Shown here: piece after piece, positions 14,831 to 32,174 of the stretch | Layout: each line of letters begins with the position of its first letter | How positions within the stretch are numbered: position 1 is the first letter of the stretch | Source: the human T2T-CHM13v2.0 reference genome, Homo sapiens | DNA length: 64,000 nt | Strand: one strand, 5' to 3' | Assembly: GCF_009914755.1 (NCBI RefSeq) | Contig: NC_060925.1 | Position numbers and translations under genes: made by a program | The notes under the pieces: model-generated | Database searches by the model: none | Told to the model about the DNA's origin: nothing | The model's input: the letters and a program-made list of their open reading frames with translations, nothing else

Positions 14831-17037
14831 CCCCTGGCAGAGCACCACCTGCCTCTGCCTTGTACTTTCCAGTTCCTCGCCTCAGGACTGGGTGAACAGA
14901 TGCATAGGCCAAATGTAAACATTCATTCATATCTACTAAAATAAAATAAACTGCTCGGTTCACACGTATCACCTTTGGTTGACTTAAAAGACTTCATGAA
15001 CTTAATGAAACTCGTTTCTCATTTTACCAAATGCCCTCCTCCATCCTTTTCACTAATGCTTGCTTATCTGGACACATGGGAAACGTTCCTAAGATCTCGC
15101 TATAACATCAATGTCTAAATTCCCAGTTCCACTTAAAGAAAAAAATCAAATGGACTCACCCTTTCATTATGTCCTTTAGCTGCAACACAGCATTCCAATC
15201 TCAGTTACAGAACCCCCACATCCCTGCTGGCGGTGGGCCAGCTCCAAAACTCGACAGAACGCAGACAAAGCATTTGGGAACAGATGCATTTGCTGCACAG
15301 ACTTTAAATTTAATCAGTGCCAAAAGAAATTACTAATATCACACCTCATGCAACATGGACAAAAATACTGGCGGGGGGGGTAATGTTTTGGAGAAGACAT
15401 AGTAAGTAATTTTCACATTTAATAAATGTGATCCTCAAGCATTCTAAATACCAATGCATACCAAGTTGACACAAACATCTGGTACCTATTCCACATAATT
15501 TTCAGCACTCTGATTCCCCATATCACCCAGGGTTCTAATGAGGAGCGTGTGTTCAGCTGTAATAAAAGTGGTAAAGATGCAGAGGGAATTAAGGGGTAAC
15601 ATTATAGGCTGGGACCAAGACATCGCAGTGGGGAGATTTTATTCTAATGACACCATTGGCTAATAAGGTTTTTGTTATTGTCCCACAGGGAATTCTGAAA
15701 TGCTGTCAGCTGCAAAGAGGGACAAACTCCCACAGATTGTGGGACTGGGTACTACAGGATCTATTCTGCCCTTGGGCTGAAAATCCTTTCTACCCCCATG
15801 GGATGCAAGAATCTGTAAGAAAGGGCACCCAGGATGATTTCTCAGCCAATAGCACTGCCTCACTTCAATCGAGCTTCATGAGAAGGAATGTTACCAACAC
15901 AGGATATGACGCAAAAACAAAGCTCCAAGAAAAAAACACCTGGAATGCCCTGAGCTCACAAACACGCCTGACGTGTACATAACATATGCTCATGTTTGTA
16001 CCATCTCAAATTACAATTCATTGGAACTACAGCGCCTTGGGGATGGAGCGGTGGAATGTACCACCATTAAACTCCAAAGAGGGCGCTTCTACCACAGCTC
16101 CTACCTGGGTTTTTCAACAATAAAACCTGGCTTCAGGCTGAAGCTTATCCCTAGTAGGAAAAAGGTAGACAAGTCCTAAAACTTGTAATTTGGATTTCTC
16201 AGGGGGAAAAAAACTAGATTTTTCTACAGCACAACTCTTAGGCATATCTTATCATGGTTTCTTTCACCCTCCAAGCAAAATCTACATCCAAACCTTCCTC
16301 CTAACAAACTAACCCTCTTCCAAGAAGTCAACCACCAACTTTTTGGGCCAAAAGCCAGTGCATATTTGTGTATTGTTGTGTTGAAATCATGGAGCAACCA
16401 TGTTGGAGAATTTCCTGTATTCAATTGTGTTTTCAAATGTTCAAAAGGAAACAAAGGGCACAGGTTCTTTAGGAATCCAAATTCTCAAAGTGTTGGGAAG
16501 TGCCAAGCTATAAAAGGCACATACTCTTCCATCTAAACAAGATACCACTATACAATCTGGACGTGCCAACAGAGGGGGATTTCTGCAGCCCTCTGAGGAA
16601 GTGGTGCTGTTATGTTTCATGGTTTTTATGACCTGAAGTGAAGCAGTGGCATGTCTCAGAAGTCACCACTGGACATAGCAAGAGGTGTCCTTGTATTACA
16701 GAAGCACCGGGAAATAGTGAACCAGGAGATACAGGAGCTGGGTTTTAAGCATTCCATGATCTCTTATTCTATGACAGGCTTGACTTATAGATCAAATGAT
16801 GCACTATATGTGAAAACGCTTTACAAACTTCAAATACTATTAGAGACATAAAGTCCCTTGAGGGGAAGAGAAATAAATGAATGAGAACATTTTCTCCAAT
16901 CAAAAACTGTTTTCTCTAAAAACTTTTAGAATGATTAATAAAATATCTAAGATAAGATGTTCTTATACTACTCCCTAGCATTACTCCCCAGAAATTATTT
17001 CTATGAATTGCACTGGAAAGACTTAAAATAAAACTAC

Positions 17038-17175
17038 AGCTGGGCATGTACTCCCTGTAATCATGCCTGTAATCCCAGCACTATGGGAGGCCAAAGCAGG
17101 AGTGCTTGAGGCCAGGACTTCAAGACCAGCCTGGGCAAAATAACCAGACCCCCATCTCTTTAAAAAAATTTTTTT
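17038..17175 (+). mobile_element. FLAM / Alu left monomer
   Basis: Single monomer ending in CCCCATCTCTTTAAAAAAA. Confidence 0.85.
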
Positions 17176-17225
17176 AATTAAATTAAACTATGCACAGTAT
17201 TAGAGTAAAAATTCCTGTTCTCTGA

Positions 17226-17672
<447 letters not shown>

Positions 17673-18902
17673 TGACCAATAATATGGTGCACCTGTCCCT
17701 ATTCTTCTCACAAGAAGGAAGCTTAAACAGAAGGAGACACTGGCTACAGCATTCATTTTGGAGGGGATAAGAATTTATGGGATGTTACTGCCTAATTGGC
17801 TCAGAACAGAGACCAAGAACAAATCTGAAGGTTTGAAGGATGGGAGAAAATAAGATCTTTTTTCTCCTACCCTATGAATTTGGCAGATACAAAATAACTG
17901 AAGGATAGTACACTTCTTTATTAAAATGCAAATGCTTTATCGACTTAGATTCAAAATATTAAACTGAACTTTATCCCATAAAAAAATTACAACTTAATTC
18001 CTACTAATGCAATATCTGATGGCAAAGTAAGACTTGCAGAGCTACAAAGCTACACCTCATTAACCCTGAGGGATGACATTACCAAATCTGTTCATCTCTC
18101 AGACCTTGATTTGTACCTAAGATGATCACTAATTTTCTCTTTTTTATCATTTGCAAACTGGTGTCTAGCAAGAAAGAAAAAGATGGGAGAAAGAGAGGTA
18201 AGAATGTGTGCAAAAGCACGGAGGAATAACATGCATTGCATGTGGCATGCTCTGGGCCTGGTGAGCATTCTGTTAGGGCTGGTGGCCAGGGTCTGGGGTG
18301 CAGAGTCTGAAGCAGAGACAAGTGGCAAGATGAGAAACTGTAAGAGGGTCAGGAAGGGCAGAAGGGGGAAACCACAACTGCTGGGGAGTTGAATCATCGC
18401 CTATAACCACTGGTCCTGATTGCAGATAGGAGACCATGGATTAAAAAAGGAAAATCTGCAAACTTTTGGTTTGGCTGTGCAAAATATTGTTAATTACAGC
18501 CATGTGTACACACTGGGCCACGAACTAAAACACATTTACTTTAAGGAGTTTATACATAATCAGGGCACTCACAATTGGTTACAGGAATGAGTCAAATGCT
18601 TAACACTGAATGCCAAATTATTCAGCTTAATATATAGGTCCCAATTATAAGACTAAACTCTATTCCTTCCTCTTCAGGCTAGCTAGCCTGCTGCTTCAGG
18701 TGCTTCTGTTAGGAGGGAAACTGAGAGCTGACATTTGCAGAGAAATTATGAACACCTGGTCACTGGTGTGCTCTTGCTCCTTTCACAGTGAAGCTAAAAG
18801 GCTCTGAGAAGCTGTGGACCTGGTTTTTCCAGAGCTTGTGGCAGTTACAGGCCCATCAAGCAGTGCCATCAACAGAACTACTCAGTGTAGACTGGGTCTT
18901 AG

Positions 18903-19280
<378 letters not shown>

Positions 19281-19369
19281 TGATAAAATTCAGAGGTCCC
19301 TTAAACTGTTACACCTGTTACTCCTTTATAGCAAATATAAGCTTTTATAAATCTATTGCTTCATTTATT

Positions 19370-19510
19370 TGGGCATATGTTTGTGTGTCCTCTACTTACC
19401 AGAAACTCCATGAGGGCAAGGACTGTGTTTCTTTTACTTCCTCTCTCCCAGTGCTTGACACAGTGCCTGGCATGCGGCACGTGTTCATAAACATTTGTTG
19501 AGTGATGAAT
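19370..19510 (+). mobile_element. L2 3' end
   Basis: AACTCCATGAGGGCAAGGACTGTGT..CAGTGCCTGGCATG..ATAAACATTTGTTGAGTGATGAAT. Confidence 0.75.
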
Positions 19511-19549
19511 TCATGTGCCAAACAACCAAACTCCCAAGCTGCTAATTCT

Positions 19550-19720
19550 CTAAGGACTATGGAGCCAGTCTCCTACGTTTAATCCCAGCGCTGCCACATT
19601 TTAGCCTTTTAACCTGGGGCAGCTACTTAGCCATTCCCTGCCTCTGTTTCTTTATCTATACAATGGGGATAATAACAGGATCTGCCCCATAAGACTGTTC
19701 TTAGGATCAACTCATTTTTA
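19550..19720 (+). mobile_element. MIR
   Basis: TGGAGCCAG..AATCCCAGCGCTGCCAC..TGCCTCTGTTTCTTTATCTATACAATGGGGATAATAACAG. Confidence 0.7.
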
Positions 19721-19924
19721 TTATTGTATTACTGTAATTATTACCATCTCTTCAACTATGAGATGTGTTCTGGAAAAAAAAATGCAAAAGAGAAACTTCA
19801 TCAAAGCACTTAGCTAAAGGAAACTACATCATTTGAGTGCCAAACCTAGCTCTGCGCTTTCTAGCAGGCAGGATGAAAAGAAAATATGATGCTCACATAG
19901 ATATCATAAAAAGGAAACAAATCA

Positions 19925-20236
<312 letters not shown>

Positions 20237-20963
20237 GGAAACATCAGCTCTTGCAAGAAAATACTTTTCCAAGGTCTCAATTTAAGAGGCCTGTAATAAA
20301 GCAAGAATCAGTGATTTTTAACTTTTTAAACCAATAATTTGCATTATTGTAGGTATGAAAGCAAGAAGCAAACTGGCATTTATTTGCTAAAAGCATGTGA
20401 TGGAGTTTGTGATCTTGGCATGATATATGCCATGACATATATCAAAAAGTTTGGATTTTGCTGTGTCGGGTCAATAAGCAATTTCTGAAAGGATAAAATC
20501 TAAGCAGAGATATCAGTTCAATAAAAGGCTAAGAGAGAAGGGTATAATTCAATCAAATTGTATTTAACCTAAAAATAAGATAAAGTACTGTACTATTATT
20601 GTTTAATAAACTCTCCCCCAAAAATTTAAAACTGGGATAAATGAGATACCTGTTCAGAAAAACATCTATTGAGCTTGCTCAAGACGAAACTTTACATAGT
20701 AACATACTGTAAAACATACATCTGTATCTGACAAAGCAACCTTCCAAAACAGATGTGTCATATGATGTTTCAAAGCTGATTTCCCTTTTTTTTTTTTTTT
20801 GAAGTTTGTCACATTCAGTGAAAGTAACTGCTGTTTTTCAGAAATCCGTGTGTGTTATTTTGGAGAAAACTTTGCTTTGGTGTTTTTCCACTCTGGATCA
20901 ACTAGCTCCTCTCTTTTCCTCCCAAGCAAACCTTCGTAAACCACACTGCCAGAGGGAACTCAC

Positions 20964-21006
20964 CTTTCTCCCATGGAGACAGCTCTAATACTTGCAAATG
21001 GTCAAA
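20964..21006 (-). other. Candidate 43-nt exon
   Basis: Acceptor ATTTTATTTTCAG| and strong donor AAG|GTGAGT in unique sequence. Confidence 0.35.
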
Positions 21007-21509
21007 CTGAAAATAAAATCCCTTGCATGCCATTTCCTCCAACAAAAAGGGCTTTGTCTCAAGATTTGCACAGAAAAACATACCAAAGCTACATCTATTA
21101 TTTAAAGTAGTAATTCCTTCTCTCAGTATTTCATATTCCTTTCTTCCCACCTTACTTCATCTGGCCCAAAGAACCACCTTTCCGCCACACAATAAATGCC
21201 TCACTTATTCAACATTGACTGGCAATGAGATATTCCACATAAGCAAATTATCCAAATAACTAAGTCTTTTCTTGTTTCAAAAAAGTAAGTGTCTTTAGTC
21301 AGTTTTAAGGAAAATCTGCCTAAAATGTACTACATGCATAATTTCTTCTTGGCCATCTTAAATATTTTGAGCATCCTGAAACTCGCTTATTGTATATTTT
21401 TCTTGAAGATGTAGGGCTGCCATTATGAATACTAATTAGTTTATTAAAACTTGATGTGATTTCAGTTACTATATCTACCAAATGGTCCCATATTTCTGTG
21501 CTTTATAGT

Positions 21510-21809
21510 TTTTTCGGTTTCGTTTTTGAGGTGGAGTCTCGCTCAGTCGCCCAGGCTGGAGTGCAATGGCACCGTCCCAGCTCACTGCAACCTCCGCCTC
21601 CCGGGTTCAAGCAATTCTCCCTACCTCAGCCTCCTGAGTAGCTGGGATTACAGGTACTCACCACCATGCCCAGCTAATTTTTGTAGTTTTAGTAGAGATG
21701 GGGTTTCACCATGTTGGCCAGGCTGGTCTCAAACTCCTGACCTCAGGTGATTTGTCCATCTCTGCTTCCCAAAGTTCTGGGATTACAGGTGTGAGCTACC
21801 GTGCCTGGC
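21510..21809 (-). mobile_element. Alu (S family)
   Basis: Dimer; TSD TGCTTTATAGTTTT. Confidence 0.96.
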
Positions 21810-22651
21810 TGCTTTATAGTTTTGCCTATACTTTTCATACTTGTGGGTTTTTTTCCAGTTCTGGCTGCAGGCCTGTGTCTCTGCCTCAAGCCTATCACTT
21901 ACCATCTTTTACACTCTTATATACTCAATTTTAAGTCAATCAAGTCTGGATGAAGACCAGAAGATGGCTCCCCAACCCATCCACAGAGTAACCTATATGG
22001 ACTTTTGATGGCTATTTTCCTTGTAACTCACTAAAACGTTCTGACTTCCTTCATGATGCACAAACCTGCTGTAAAACTGATACTGTATCATAATATTAGT
22101 GACAATATTAGGGACACTGTCCACAGTAATCTAATTTGAATGGCAAACCATCAAAGAAAGTTAAGCTTATGCACTAAAGGTGAACTGTTGGGAATTTAGT
22201 TCACAACAAAACCATGCTAAAAGCTCTATTCTATTGCTTCTGGGGCTTCAAGCTTTTCAGAAGTTCTAAGAGAAAAAAACAAATGTATAACTAGGTATGA
22301 CAAAGTTCTTATGGTCCCTCAATCCCATTTTCTCATGGTGACCTCCCCTTTTCTTTCAGGATGAAGAGATATTCAACCTGTACAGCCCAGATTAATTACA
22401 ATTTTAGCATAATTTGCACATTTTTTCCACTCTAGTTTCTCAATGGAAGTTGTATTCACCATTCCTTCCTGTCTTCTTTCTTGAGTCAGTGCCAGCAAGC
22501 ACTGTTCATAGAAATCAGATACTCCTACCAGTGCTCCCTGGTCCAGGTCAGTACGAATGATCTACCATGAACCACAGAGTCCAGGGCAGGCTGGAAAGCA
22601 CCACCTCACAAAGAAAACACCTAACGGGGCCACCCAAAGGCCCCTCTATGG

Positions 22652-22975
22652 CAGCAGTCCCCAACCTTTTTGGCACCAGGGACTGGTTTCATGGAAGACA
22701 GTTTTTCCACAGACCGAGGAGGAGAGGATGGTTTTGGGATGGAACTGTTCCACCTCAGGTCATCAGGCATTCGTGAGATTCTCATAAGGAGCAGGCAACC
22801 TAGATCCTTCATATGCGCAGTTCACAACAGGGTTCACACTCCTATAAAAATCTAATGCCACTGCTGATCTCACACGAGGTGGAGCTTAGGCAGTAATGCT
22901 CACTCACCCGCTGCTCACCTCCTGCTGTGTGCCCCAGTTCCTAACAGGTCCGTGGCCTGGGGGTGGGGACCCCTG
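22652..22975 (+). mobile_element. MER1B (hAT-Charlie MITE), full length
   Basis: Terminal inverted repeats CAGCAGTCCCCAACC / GGTGGGGACCCCTG; perfect 8-bp TSD CTCTATGG at 22644-22651 and 22976-22983. Confidence 0.92.
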
Positions 22976-23897
22976 CTCTATGGTACAATACCATTTGCAG
23001 CTTTCTAAAATCCAGCCATGACATGGAATCTTCCCTGCCTTTCCATGTTGATTAGAAGTCGGGGTCCAAATTCACTCTTTGCAAATCATTATTATGTAAG
23101 GAAAGGCATATGTATATGTATATGTATGTATATATACACACACACACATACATGCCAAGGGCTATTACTGTTTCTCATACTCAAGAAGGTTCGCTTCCTA
23201 AGCTCCTTCCTGAAATGAAATCGTTTCTTTGCCCGAGAGATAGCTCATAATTTATCCTAGATTTCAACCTTTTTTAGTAAAAAGTATAGGAAGTTACATG
23301 GAAACAATGAATGGAAGTGTACTTTTTTTTAATCAAACAAGAACAGGAAACTTTCCGTGGTTTATGGTAAAACTACATATTTGAGCCAAAGAAAAAAATA
23401 AACTATGCTCAACCCCTTTTTACTCTCCCCTATCCAAAACATATAAGAACATGCACAACTGACAACCACAAGACAAATCTCAACACCAGGGACAAATTAA
23501 TATTTATAGGCTTCAAAAATATACTTCCCCAAATTACTTAATAAACCCCTTCAAACAGGCCGACACCTACTTCTTCTACTATTGTATGACCAAAATGAGT
23601 CATAATAAAACTTAGGAATATTAAAGACAATAAGTGAGGAAATTCCAGAAAATATAAAAACTATTTCAGGGAGCCAAAACAGAACTATATTTATTTTTCT
23701 ATCAAAATGCATAGGTATAAATAAACGGGCAAATAAAACAGGCGCTCACAAAAGTAAACATATACCCGGCTGCAGTTCTACAACATAGTCTTCTAAATTA
23801 CCACCTCCTCCACATTAGAGAAATTACTTCCTTCAACAAAATTAACCTCCAACACCCTCCAAACTGTAAAAATCTCTACTATACTGTGAGCAATTTA

Positions 23898-24257
<360 letters not shown>

Positions 24258-27200
24258 CTAATCCTCAGGGTCATCATGAAAACAAATGAGATCATGGCAT
24301 TTGAGAAGTGTTTAATTAAATCAGGAAGTTCTATAAAAATATAAAGATAACATCAATAAGTATATGAAAGATCAACAGAAAAGAACCTCCTTTCTCCTCA
24401 CTACCCACTTTACGTTACAAAAAAGAAGCCCACAGGATACAATGGGAACCTTGGGAGCACAGAGGAAAGAACACTACATTTGGACCTAGAAGGCCTGGGT
24501 TCCAGGCTCATCTCTGCCATTAACAAGTTCCTTGACTTAGGGCCCCTCTCTTGGTTGCCTCACCTGGAGTTAATACTACATACCTTGCCAAAATGAATTA
24601 AAGTAAAGGATAGCAAAGAATTCTATAAACTCTAAGTGAGATCCCTATAGAAGAGACAAATGAAATCAATCTGCTGAACAAAAAGTTTGAACTTTAATGG
24701 TTTGTGTTATAAAATCAACTGACAAGGAAAGAAGTTGGCTGTAATCAGACTCTTCCCAAACACCCCAAGGAAGAAAGCCAACCAAGACAGAGGAGTGGAG
24801 AAGCCTCCACAGTGTGAACCTGGAAGGGCTCAGCTTGTATATTCATTACCTAATGAAACGGGGGCTTTAGAAGTGGGAATTCTGAACCTGTCACTGTGGA
24901 TGAGAACCTCTCTGAATCCACTTAAACCCATGAATTGAAAGACTGGGTTGGATTTTTTCCATTCCTGGTTAAGATAGAGCCACACAAATCCTAATTCTAA
25001 ATGTGGATGTTCAACATTCCAGAATAAACAGCAGCTCATGGAGAAAGCAACAGAAGGATGGCAAGAGGAAAAAATAGATCAACAAACTACAACAGATTGG
25101 TCACTTAGTAATTAAAAAAGAAAAAAACGAAAAGAAAACAACCCATCTCAAAGTTCAACTCAAGGCTGAATTCCTATCAGAAACTACCAGAGGCCAAAGA
25201 CTACATCTGCATAATATTTTAAATCTGAGCCTGGTCTTTGAGAAAACATTTGACAAAGATTACCAAAACATCTATTTTTCTTTCTTTCTCCTCATTTTTC
25301 TCAATTATTTTCCCTAATCCCTACACTTCACTGACCACTCCTGCGTTCTCAACTGCAGTAAGCAAATACATACTAAGTTGGATAACATATTATTTTGTAT
25401 CTATGGTACACAGCTACAGTGTTGGAATGGCTCCTGATTCTTCCTGGGTTAGCAAATGTTCACTTAAATCAAGTGTACCACCTATTTCAGCTATTGAGTC
25501 TCTTTCATCTTTATGGGACTATATTTTGAAAATCACTAGAAACTGCGTGGTTCCCATATATTGGGCTCAACTGAAACTTTAAACTCATGCAATAACTGTT
25601 AATATTCAAGTATAATTTTACCTAGCAGTAAAGTTATATTTTGCACATCAAAAGCAAAATGAAGCATTAAGAAATTTAGTTATATACATTCTTTCATATC
25701 CCTTTACATAAGCAGAATACAAAGTACTTACTTTTTTTCCCCCAAATGAATACAGGATTTCAACAACATTAAGACATGATTATTTTCACTTACTCCCATA
25801 TAATAGGTATTCTTATTAAAGAAAACATCTTAATGTCACCATATATGAATTCATCTAATCTCTGAGTACTCATTTATCATCTCTACAACTACACATTTGA
25901 CAGAACCAAACTGTGGCCCTAAGAAACAAGAATTACTGGCATAGCTAAGAATTCAAGAAATCAGAATACAGTCTCCAATTATGCATTTACTTCAAATAAG
26001 AACAATAACTTGAAACTCTGTGTTAGGCTTTGAATTCACCTCCAGCCTGACTTTAAAAAGCTACCATGAGGCCTAACTCCAGCTGGCAGTAGTAAACATC
26101 CCTGGCTATCTAACAATATTTTTATAAACAAAGCATCATAAAGAACATAACGTTCAAACGGCATGGAAACTGTTTTCCACGGTCCATATTTGACAATCTT
26201 TCAAAAAAATGTTAATATTACACATATTAGCACTGTGTAATATATAAGATGTAACCCCCTCTTCACACCAAGATCAGTTGCAAAAGAACACTATGATCAT
26301 ATTTCAGAAAGTAACATGTAAGGAAAAAGAAAAAATAAAGAACACTATGACCTTGGCAAAATTCTCAAGTGTTCAGACAGAAACTTCTAGAAGTGCTTGT
26401 TTGTTTGTTTTCAAATTCTGCTTTTTGAAATTACTCACTTGATTTTTAGGCCAGAAAGGATGCAAACGTCTGAATTTCTGCAGTCACCTCCCTCCCACTG
26501 CTTTTAATTGCTCTATAAAGCAATCCCTGTGGATACCTATCTTAAACTGCCCTGGCCTTGCCAGGACAAATGTTGGCCCATGTATTCCAGTAAAGCCATG
26601 AGTATTCTGAAGGTCAAACAAAATACATATTATTTCCAATCAGAAAGGAAGCCTGTGCTTTCTGGAATAAGGCCCCAGCTCAACCTTGACTTGGTGCGCT
26701 ATGAGGCAAATAAACCAAGAACTGGGAATGGCCTTCCTTTTTAATCAGTACTTTCTGAAGGATGCTACTGATAACAGAAAAAAAAAAAAAAAGTCAATAT
26801 ACTTGATAATTCACATCTCCCTCTGTCTTGGCTGGAGTTTTTTACAGATGCATTTACAGATATTTAAAATAATGATCATAAATAAAGCTTTAAGTTTAGA
26901 GTATATAAATTTTTATTTTTCCCCCACTCCTGAAAAAGGCTTGATGGTTACTTAGCTTTTTCTTTTCCTTTTTTTTCTATTTTACCAAACAAGTTTCCAC
27001 AAGTCCTTCCTACGCGTGTCCTCACAGCCAAGCAAAGAGCAGTGAGATTTCTCACCATTAATTCACTCTTCATTTCACATGTTCCTACAGCACCAGCTGT
27101 TAGTTTATATTTTCAGTCTTTACTATTAAAAAAAAATTTCAACTGCAACTGCACCATTTCCCCTTAGCCCCAGCTTTTTTTTTTTTTTTTTTTTTAGGAA

Positions 27201-27961
27201 AGTTTAGGACAGCAGGAAAACTGCTGAGCTGTGACACAAAGAAAAGCTGACTCTGCACATGCCTCATTGTTTTCTATTTTCATTCCAGCACAGTTGTGGC
27301 TGGAAACCAGCCTTCAGGATTCCCCGTGGACCTTGCCAGCCCTGGTCCCTGGTGTTTTAAAATGTTACACTTTATACACTACTCATAGAGGTGTGATTCA
27401 ATTGAGTATGTTCCCTGTGGTTCTGAGTGAGGCTAATATATATCATGTATCTTTGGAGAAGTAACCAAAATATGTGTTTAGGGAAAAGGAAAAAAATAGG
27501 ATCAAGGGAGTATTCAGAGATGTAATTACACATACTCAAGTGGGACCTTTTGTGTGTGTGTCTTGGAGGTGGGAGATTTAATGTAAACACAGACCACGTT
27601 TGTGCTTTCTGTTATACACATCCTGCATCACCACACACTGAGCACACATGTGTTAAAATGCTGACACATTCATTACAAGAACATCATTTATCCTATTACA
27701 AGTTTTAGAGTTTTGCGTGTCTTTTGTTGATGGTGGGGTTTTTTCCAGATTTTCTTAGTTTTCTTCCTCAAATACACTTGATAACTTATTTTTAAATGTG
27801 AGAGCATTATTATAACACCAACAGCATCCTCCTGCAATCTATGGACACAGATTATTTTGCCAGAGTAAAACAGATTCCAAAAGGCTGTTCACACCTTCTT
27901 TGGGGGACCTAAAACACAGGGTCCAGGAAGAGCTCAGAAACAATCCTTAAATCCTGATCAT

Positions 27962-28302
<341 letters not shown>

Positions 28303-28779
28303 TCAAAGAGCTAGGGATCCCACAGGCTAAAAATAACCCTTTGACCCACATAGAAATTACAACTCAGAGGAAGCTGAGACAATTCATCCACTGAGAGCCA
28401 TTCTCCTGTTTGGAGAGGGCCTACAGGCATCAGCAGCACCTAAACATACAGCCTTTCCTGGTCATGATTTATTTCTTAGCATGACAGTAAATCCATAGCT
28501 TACAATAGCAGGACGTTGCTGTCAGACACCAAGGTCTCTCAGCATAGCCACTATCCTGAAGTCATGAATCACACCTCCAAGTCCAGTGACAGGTTCAGAG
28601 GCTTTACCACCCCCTCCCTCCCCTAAATCCACAGGATGCCCACTCTGCTTCTCTGCTCATGCGATGATTTCATTAGTTCAAAGATATTCTGCCTTCTATC
28701 ATTTTTCTCCTTACAGTTCTTAAGAGAATGAACCAGCTTCAGAAAATGGGGAAAGAAAAAACAAACTGATCATCAGATG

Positions 28780-28960
28780 AGGGTTCAAATCTTGAACTGG
28801 CTTCTTAGAAGCTGTGTCACTTTATGCAAGCCACAGTCTTTCTCAGTCTTAGTTCCAGATAAACAGTGAATAGCAGCACATTCTTTATGAGATTATTATA
28901 AGACTCAAATGAGAGAATACACAAGAAAATACCTAGCACATATTAAATGCCTGCTAACCT
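28780..28960 (+). mobile_element. MIR
   Basis: GGGTTCAAATCTTG..GCTGTGTCACTTTATGCAAG..TCAAATGAGAGAAT..CCTAGCACA. Confidence 0.6.
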
Positions 28961-29276
28961 TTTACCTATGAGCAATCATAATGCTCAATTCATACTTTTC
29001 AGAGGGTGTAGTCATTCAATAATAAAGACCAGTAGAAATATTTTAAATCTTTTGTAATCTTCTCAGCCAGGTTTGGGACAGCAACTGAACTGTCCAACCT
29101 CTCTCTAAAGGCATTACATCATAACTGTAATTACACCAGGCTGTAACTGATATCAATGTAAATACACCTACTGTACTACACCATAACAACATCACTGTTA
29201 TGGTACTATAAAGTATTACAGGCATAGATGTTAACTGCCACAGTATTTATAATAAACAAATACTTTAAAATAACCA

Positions 29277-29603
<327 letters not shown>

Positions 29604-29870
29604 TCATGAAATACATATGCTGCATTTAAAACACTGTTATTTGTACAGACAGAAATATCTTATGACATGTTCTTTTTGTATGTAAAGAATGATACAATTT
29701 ATTAACCTTCTAAAACTATGTGTATTTGTCCATATGCATGCACATACATGCATAGAAAAAGGATTAAATGGATAACTCTAACTATAAATGGTTCTTACCT
29801 AAGGTAGGGGTGATGCTAGAGACGGGTTGGAGACACGAGAGGAACTCTGACTTTGCTCTCCATCCTTCTA

Positions 29871-30263
<393 letters not shown>

Positions 30264-30584
30264 TACATTCTTAATGCTTTTACTGTGCAAATGTGTTTTT
30301 GAATATTACTTAGATAATTAAAAATTTAAAAATATGCTCTACTTTATCATAAAAATAATTCTGACCAAAGCCAATGCTAGTTGATTGGTTTCTGCTCTAC
30401 ATATCTTATTTTAAAAATCATATGTGGTTTAAAGGAACAATCTCAGTGTCTCTCTAGGAAGCAGAGAATCCTGGTTTCCTCCACTTCAGTGACAACGCCC
30501 TCTCATAGACCTGAGAGCTGTGGCCCAACTTCCTCCTCCTCTGTGGTCAGCAACTCTACGGACCTGGGGCCTTGCCTGGGTAGG

Positions 30585-30765
30585 ATGCTGTAGAGAAAAG
30601 ACCTGGCTTTGAATCCTGGTTCTGTCTATACCATCTGAAACTTTGCCTTAGTTTTCTCATTTGTAAAATGAAGACATCTACACTTTGTGAGGATTACATA
30701 ATGCATGCAAATATACGATACATATTAAATGGTCAATAAATGGCAGCTTTTATCTTTACTATTAT
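30585..30765 (+). mobile_element. MIR
   Basis: AGACCTGGCTTTGAATCCTGGTTCTG..GCCTTAGTTTTCTCATTTGTAAAATGAAG. Confidence 0.65.
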
Positions 30766-31512
30766 TAACCAGGTTAGTCTCTAGATTTCAGTATCAATTC
30801 TCCTCTGTAAAGGGAGGGCCTATCATTTGATTATTTTGAAAGTTCCCAGCTCTAATAGTCTATGAACATGTGCTATAGAAGACAATGGACAAATATGTGC
30901 TAAATAGTGAAGCCAGGTGGCTGAGACCAAAGAGACCAGACAAATGGCTAAGCAGAGCTTTGGCAATAGTGTGACTTATGTGACCTATTACCATATGGGG
31001 TAAGAGGCAAAGAGGATAAGAGAAGTCTTTTCAATCCCACCTAGAAGCCTTTAGAATCTGGAGAGATGATAGACAAACCGCCACATTTATATTCTTCTAC
31101 TGCCAAACAGAAAACATTTCCAGTATCTCCTAGTGCCCGCTGTAGGCTGAGAAGAGCAAAGCATTAAAAAAAAAAAAATAAAAAAAAAAAAGATGAATCT
31201 TAGTGTGACCTTCCCAAACATAAACTTCATTTTCCAGCCTCACCAATCTTTTAGAACAGAAGATCAAGTCAAATCCCTTTAGAATCAATGGGTAATAATA
31301 TCTCAGCACATCTAATCTATTTTGGGGGCTCAGTTGAAACCCCATCTCCTTTATTAGCCTTCCCAAATCCTCCTCACTAAAAGCTATCACTCTCTTTCAC
31401 TTCTCACAGACTTTGTTCTTCAACTCTATTAATTTCTGCTTCACATTAGTTATTTGCATGCCTATTTTATCTCCCTTACAGGGCCATAAACTCCCTTACA
31501 AAGCTGAATAAG

Positions 31513-32110
<598 letters not shown>

Positions 32111-32174
32111 ATCTACCCAAGCAACATGGATAGGAAATGATGAATCTGTATTAAAACCAACATAGGTACACATA

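Noticed and set aside
20421-20444. Near-palindrome TGATATATGCCATGACATATATCA
   Set aside because: Short, AT-rich and low complexity; no functional context.
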